From assembly GCA_965552135.1 (NCBI GenBank), contig CBEVQY010000035.1, positions 1 through 22,101 on the forward strand: a stretch of DNA of 22,101 bases, written 5' to 3'. Positions 17,582-22,101 of this stretch are shown here, piece after piece; position 1 is the stretch's first letter, and each line of letters begins with the position of its first letter. Source of the stretch: an uncultured bacterium (GTDB lineage Bacteria; UBP14; UBA6098; B30-G16). The translations under genes were made by a program, and so were the position numbers. Under the pieces are notes generated by a model. It had not been told where the DNA came from. It ran no database searches and worked only from the letters and a program-made list of their open reading frames with translations.

Positions 17582-18748
17582 TTAGCTTAGTGCGTTTTTG
17601 ATGCGCTGCGCCGCCTCGGCGAAGGTCTCCTCGCTTACGGCTATTGAGAAGCGCAAAAACCCCGGCGCGCCGAACCCCTCCCCGGGCACAACGGCGACCA
17701 GGGCGCGCTCAAGGATGAACTCCGCAAGCTCCGCCGATGACTCAAACCTGTCTCTTAGGGCGCCCCGCACGTCGCAGAAGATGTAGAAGGCTCCCGCGGG
17801 CTTTATCGGCGCAAAGCCCGGGATCGTCCTCAAAAGCTCGACCGCCCTGTCCCTCCGCCTCCGCAGGATGTCGACGACCTCACGGGCAAAGCCCTTTGCT
17901 TCCCGAAGCGCCGCAAGGACGGCGTGCTGAGAGATCGTGCACGCGTTGGACGTTTGGTGCGCCTGAAGCCGGGTCATCGCGTCCACAAGCTCGGGATGCC
18001 CCAAAGCCCATCCGATCCGCCAACCCGTCATCGCAAAGCTTTTGGACGCGCCGCTTATCATAACGGCATACTCGAGCGCATCGGCGCCGAAGTGAAGTAC
18101 CGACGCGTGCTCCCCCTCGAGAACGAGCGACTCGTATATCTCGTCGGAGATGATGACGAAGCTGTGCTTTCGCGCAAGCTCCAGGAGGCGGCTGATCTCC
18201 TCCTTTGTGTACACAGCGCCCGTTGGGTTCGACGGCGTGTTTAGTATGAGCGCCGCAGTCCTTTCGGTTATGTGTCTTTCCAGCGCCTCTGGTGTGATCT
18301 TGAATCCGTCTTCGGCGCGGGTGTGCACCACAACGACCTCGCCGCGCACCATCTTGACCATCTCGGGGTAGCTCACCCAGTACGGCGCGGGGATTATAAC
18401 CTGGTCGCCTCGGTCGACCGTCGCCAAAACCGCGTTGAACACAGCCTGCTTCGCCCCAGCCGTGACGATGACGTTCTCCGCTCCAAGCCTCAGGCCGTAT
18501 TTTGCCGCGTATTCCTCGGCGATGGCGCTTCGAAGTGCGGGAATGCCAGCCGCAGCGGTGTATCTGATCTTTCCGCCATCTATAAATTCTTTTGCCGACT
18601 CGCGGACCGCTCTGGGCGGCGGCATATCGAGCTCGCCGGCAGAAAGCGAGATGACGTCAAGCCCCTGCGCCTTCATCGCCTGCGCCTTGGCAACAAGCGA
18701 AAGCGTTGAGCTTGGCACAACCGACTGTGCTACCTGCGATAGCTTCAT
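17582..18748 (-). CDS. aspC: PLP-dependent class I aminotransferase (aspartate aminotransferase Ib type)
   Basis: Motifs GAKQA, PYWVSY, NTPSNPTG, SDEIY, SKSFAMTGWRIG and GAFY. Start overlaps the ABC gene stop (ATGA). Confidence 0.88.
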   Translation of the reverse strand: MKLSQVAQSVVPSSTLSLVAKAQAMKAQGLDVISLSAGELDMPPPRAVRESAKEFIDGGKIRYTAAAGIPALRSAIAEEYAAKYGLRLGAENVIVTAGAKQAVFNAVLATVDRGDQVIIPAPYWVSYPEMVKMVRGEVVVVHTRAEDGFKITPEALERHITERTAALILNTPSNPTGAVYTKEEISRLLELARKHSFVIISDEIYESLVLEGEHASVLHFGADALEYAVMISGASKSFAMTGWRIGWALGHPELVDAMTRLQAHQTSNACTISQHAVLAALREAKGFAREVVDILRRRRDRAVELLRTIPGFAPIKPAGAFYIFCDVRGALRDRFESSAELAEFILERALVAVVPGEGFGAPGFLRFSIAVSEETFAEAAQRIKNALS

Positions 18749-19425
18749 GGTTCGCCGCCGTCGATGATCTTCCCGTCCTTCATCCGCACGACCCTTTCGG
18801 CGCACCTCGCCACGTCGGGGTCGTGGGTGACGACGATTATGGTACGTCCCTGTCGGTGGAGTTCGCCCATAAGCGCCATGATTTCCGCGCCCGTTTTGGA
18901 GTCGAGGTTTCCTGTGGGCTCGTCGGCGAGGATCACATCGGGGTCGTTGATCAGGGCGCGCGCGATGGCGACCCTTTGTCTTTCGCCGCCCGAAAGCTCG
19001 CTTGGCTTGTGGTGCAACCTGTGCCCCAATCCCACAAGCTTAAGCATTCTCCGCGCCGCCTCAACGCGCTTGCGGCGCGGAACGCCCGCGTATATCAGGG
19101 GAAGCTCGACGTTCTCAAGCGCCGTCTCCCGCGGCAGAAGGTTGAACGTCTGGAACACAAAGCCCACGCGCCTGTTGCGGGCGTAGGCGAGGTCGTTTTC
19201 GTCCATGCCGGAGGTGTCGCGACCGTCGAAGACGTAGCTCCCCTCGTCCGGAACGTCGAGAAAGCCGAGGATGTGCATGAGGGTCGATTTCCCCGAGCCC
19301 GAGGGACCCATGATCGCAACGTATTCACCCCGCTCGACGACGAGGTCGACGCCGTTTAGGGCAACGACAAAACCTGCCCCCATCCTGTAGCGCTTGACAA
19401 CCCCTTGGAGCTCTATAAGCGCCAT
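18745..19425 (-). CDS. ABC transporter ATP-binding protein, MacB/LolD family
   Basis: Motifs GPSGSGKST, GFVFQTFNLL, LSGGERQRVAIARAL, LADEPTGNLD and VTHD. Confidence 0.93.
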   Translation of the reverse strand: MALIELQGVVKRYRMGAGFVVALNGVDLVVERGEYVAIMGPSGSGKSTLMHILGFLDVPDEGSYVFDGRDTSGMDENDLAYARNRRVGFVFQTFNLLPRETALENVELPLIYAGVPRRKRVEAARRMLKLVGLGHRLHHKPSELSGGERQRVAIARALINDPDVILADEPTGNLDSKTGAEIMALMGELHRQGRTIIVVTHDPDVARCAERVVRMKDGKIIDGGEP

Positions 19426-19434
19426 CTTCGACCC

Positions 19435-20724
19435 CTACGGGTATATTCTGTAAAGCATTCTTGGGAACGGTATTGCCTCTCGCACGTGCTGTATGCCAGC
19501 TATCCAGGCTATGGTTCTTTCGAGCCCCAGCCCAAAGCCGCTGTGGGGGACCGAGCCGTACTTGCGCAGATCAAGGTACCACCGATAGGCGTCCACGGGA
19601 AGCCCGAACTCCTCAATCCTTTTCAGGAGCTTTTCGTAGTCGTCTTCGCGCTGGCTTCCGCCGATGATCTCGCCGTAGCCCTCGGGGGCTAAAAGGTCGG
19701 CGCACTTCACAAGCTCCGGCCGCTGGGGATGCTCCTTCATATAAAACGCCTTGATCTTTTTCGGATAGTCGACGACGAAGACGGGTTTTTCGAAGCTCTG
19801 GGATATTGTTGTTTCCTCGTCGCCGCCGAAGTCGTCTCCCCACTCGATTTGGCTGCCGGCCTTCCTCAAAAGCTCGATCGCTTCGTCGTACGTTATCCTT
19901 GGGAACGGCGGAGAGACCTTCTCGAGGGGCTTTGTGTCGCGCTCCAAGACCTCAAGCTCCTCGCGGCATTCCTCAAGCGCCCTGCCGACGATGTACGACA
20001 CAAGCTCCTCCTGCAGCGACATGTTATCGTCGTTGTCGTAGTATGCCTCCTCCGCCTCGACCATCCAGAACTCGGTGAGGTGCCTGCGCGTTTTCGATTT
20101 TTCCGCCCTGAACGTTGGTCCGAAGTTATACACGAGCCCGTGGGCGAATATGGCAGCCTCGAGGTATAGCTGTCCCGTCTGCGCGAGGTAGGCTGTGCCG
20201 AGGTCGAAGTACTGGGTGGAAAAGAGGGTCGTCGTTCCCTCGGGCGCCGTTGGCGTAAGGATCGGCGTGTCTATCCTGACGAATCCCTTTTTGTGGAAGA
20301 AGTCGACGATGGCGCGCTCGAGGGCATCGCGGATGCGCATTATCGCCCTCTGCTTGCGCGAGCGGAGCCAAAGGTGCCTGTGCTCCATCAGGAAGGCTAC
20401 GCCGTGCTCCTTTTTAGTTATCGGGTAGTCCTGCGTTATCTGGACGGGCTCTATGTCGGTGAGGGCAAGCTCATATCCTCCGGGCGCTCTGGCGTCCTGC
20501 CTCACAACACCCCGCACAACGACCGAGCTTTCGAGCCCAAGCTCATCATAAAGCTTGAAGGCTTTATCGGGCGCCTCGCCCTTGACGGCAACAGCCTGAA
20601 TGTAGCCCGAGCCGTCGCGGATGATGAAGAAAAGTATCTTGCCCTTCGAGCGCTTGTTGTAAAGCCACCCGCGAACCTCAACCTCTTCCCCTACGTGCTT
20701 GTTTGCCTCCGATATCCGAAACAT
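19435..20724 (-). CDS. asnS: Asparaginyl-tRNA synthetase
   Basis: N-terminal OB fold, [37 protein letters not shown] and [15 protein letters not shown]. Start MFRISEA follows a GGGGG SD. Confidence 0.95.
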   Translation of the reverse strand: MFRISEANKHVGEEVEVRGWLYNKRSKGKILFFIIRDGSGYIQAVAVKGEAPDKAFKLYDELGLESSVVVRGVVRQDARAPGGYELALTDIEPVQITQDYPITKKEHGVAFLMEHRHLWLRSRKQRAIMRIRDALERAIVDFFHKKGFVRIDTPILTPTAPEGTTTLFSTQYFDLGTAYLAQTGQLYLEAAIFAHGLVYNFGPTFRAEKSKTRRHLTEFWMVEAEEAYYDNDDNMSLQEELVSYIVGRALEECREELEVLERDTKPLEKVSPPFPRITYDEAIELLRKAGSQIEWGDDFGGDEETTISQSFEKPVFVVDYPKKIKAFYMKEHPQRPELVKCADLLAPEGYGEIIGGSQREDDYEKLLKRIEEFGLPVDAYRWYLDLRKYGSVPHSGFGLGLERTIAWIAGIQHVREAIPFPRMLYRIYP

Positions 20725-20873
20725 AAGCCCCCTTTCGCCACAGCTTTGTTTGATAAGTCGCTCCTCCGCATAGGTCAACATTTTTTTGGCGCGGCGGGGA
20801 GAACCCCGTTCTTTCGCCGCTTCTCCTTGCGCTTACTGTAGCTGTTTGCTATTCAAGAGGATGGAGAAATGTC

Positions 20874-20902
20874 TTGACACGATGACTTCAAATCAGTATT
20901 AT
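20874..20902 (+). promoter_or_regulatory. Near-consensus sigma70 promoter for the repeat protein gene
   Basis: TTGACA (20874-20879), 17-nt spacer, TATTAT (20897-20902). SD AGGGAGG at 20932-20938. Confidence 0.8.
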
Positions 20903-20945
20903 TATCAACGCTCTTACAAGGCGTTCATAGAAGGGAGGCAGTTAG

Positions 20946-22101
20946 ATGAGATGGGCGGTAATGGTTGTTTCGTTGGTTTTGTGGCTGGTTTTTTGTTTTG
21001 GTGAGCCCGTTTTTGTTGAGCTTGTGGGTCGCGGTGGCGTTGTGCTGGATCGCTTTTCGGTCGACGTCAGCGGCGTTCCGGATGCGGGCTCGCTTGGTAT
21101 CCCCGCTTGGTGGCGCGACGTTGGCGGGACTGTGCGGGTCGTCTCCGCTGCCGATACCGCCTCGGTTCTGCTCGAGTTTTCGCTAACATCCGACGACGGC
21201 CATGCTTCCTACTCTGATCAGGCAGGTTTTGCGCATGTTGCGGCGACGGCGTTGAGGACTTTGGGCACAAGCTGGGCCGACAGCTGCGACAGCGCCAACT
21301 GGGCGGACGAAGCCGGGCACGCCCTCGTTGCCGACTCGGCGCTCTACGCGTCCTTCGCCTACTCTGCCGACGTTGCCGCTTTGGCCGATACTGCGCTTGT
21401 CGCCAACACAGCCCTCGACCTCGCCCCCGGTGACGATGACTACATTCAGAACCAAAGTTCCTCCGCACAGGCTGCAAGCTTTTGGATATCGGGCGCTGGG
21501 CGTGTAGGCGATTCTCTTTTGGTCGACGGCAACGTCAACGTTTTGGGGAAGCTCACCGTCTCCGGCGGGATAGACCCGACCTACCTTGCTCTCACGCCTC
21601 AGCCTGCGTCGCCTGGGGCGGCGTTCTCGATATGGGTTCGCCAGACCGACAGCTCCCTCGTCTACAGCGATGGCGCCGCCGATGTGGCTATAATCACCCA
21701 GAACGATACCGTAGCGATCTCGAGCTACGCCGACAGCGCTTTGTTTGCCGATACGTCTTCCTTCACGTGGGTTGCCGATTCCTCGCGAGTCTCTGGATTT
21801 GCCGATAGCGCCTTTTTCGCATACTACGCCGACAGCGCGGTTTACGCCGTCCGAAGTGACAGCGCCCTGTGGGCTGACACGACAGGCTTTGCCCGGTATG
21901 CCGATTCGGGCAGGGTCTCTGTCTTTGCGGATAGCTGTCGCATCTCGTTGCGCTCCGACAGTGCGGCTTACGCCGTCCGAAGCGACAGCGCGCTGTGGGC
22001 GGATACTGCTGGCTACGTGGTTCGCGCCGACAGCACTCTGTGGTCTGACACAGCTGCTTTTTCGTGGTATGCCGATTCTGCCCGTGTGTCTGGCTATGCC
22101 G
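20946..22101 (+). CDS. Secreted/surface repeat protein (fibre-like, A-D-S/T repeats), 3'-truncated by the window
   Basis: Manually translated: stop-free from ATG 20946 to the window end (~385 aa). Starts MRWAVMVVSLVLWLVFCFG-EPV (signal peptide-like), followed by two repeat blocks. Absent from the ORF track because it has no stop in the window. Confidence 0.88.
   Translation, partial: MRWAVMVVSLVLWLVFCFGEPVFVELVGRGGVVLDRFSVDVSGVPDAGSLGIPAWWRDVGGTVRVVSAADTASVLLEFSLTSDDGHASYSDQAGFAHVAATALRTLGTSWADSCDSANWADEAGHALVADSALYASFAYSADVAALADTALVANTALDLAPGDDDYIQNQSSSAQAASFWISGAGRVGDSLLVDGNVNVLGKLTVSGGIDPTYLALTPQPASPGAAFSIWVRQTDSSLVYSDGAADVAIITQNDTVAISSYADSALFADTSSFTWVADSSRVSGFADSAFFAYYADSAVYAVRSDSALWADTTGFARYADSGRVSVFADSCRISLRSDSAAYAVRSDSALWADTAGYVVRADSTLWSDTAAFSWYADSARVSGYA
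21726..22101 (+). repeat. Coding repeat of 18/27-nt units with a 126-nt higher-order period
   Basis: 21831-21880 and 21957-22006 are highly similar. GCCGATTC recurs at 21774, 21900 and 22071. Confidence 0.85.

Noticed and set aside
20786..21808. Small ORFs listed in the track at the right end
   Set aside because: Alternative frames of the single long plus-strand ORF starting at 20946, which has the promoter, SD and coherent repeats.
20946..22101. Prophage tail-fibre gene
   Set aside because: The signal-peptide-like N-terminus, host sigma70 promoter and absence of other phage genes or an integrase favour a cellular protein. Downstream sequence is unseen.

Overview
GC-rich bacterial chromosomal window that is densely coding, with no rRNA, tRNA, CRISPR array or mobile element that I can see. 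Frequent ATA/AGG codons hint at a thermophile or an uncultured lineage (inference). Left to right: a 5'-truncated multi-PAS hybrid histidine kinase; upp and rlmB on the minus strand; and a branched-chain acyl-CoA (leucine/isovalerate-type, B. subtilis yng-like) cluster. That cluster is split over three transcription units: DUF35 Zn-ribbon/OB protein + biotin carboxylase + carboxyltransferase; a tandem-domain biotin carrier + acyl-CoA dehydrogenase; and an enoyl-CoA hydratase. A degenerate ~26-bp tandem array lies between its convergent halves. Next come a type-2 IleRS with a non-canonical GVHH signature and phoH, then a tightly coupled minus-strand run: asnS, orphan ABC ATPase, class I aminotransferase, 2x[4Fe-4S] protein and a GT-C-like/TPR membrane protein with an AT-rich core. 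The window ends in a gene missing from the ORF track because it runs off the edge: a signal-peptide protein with hierarchical 6/9-residue A-D-S/T repeats behind a near-consensus sigma70 promoter. Best leads: the DUF35-linked carboxylase cluster with no HMG-CoA lyase, the carrier with a lysine-less biotinyl domain, the repeat fibre protein (possibly heavily O-glycosylated), the GVHH IleRS2 and the intergenic array.
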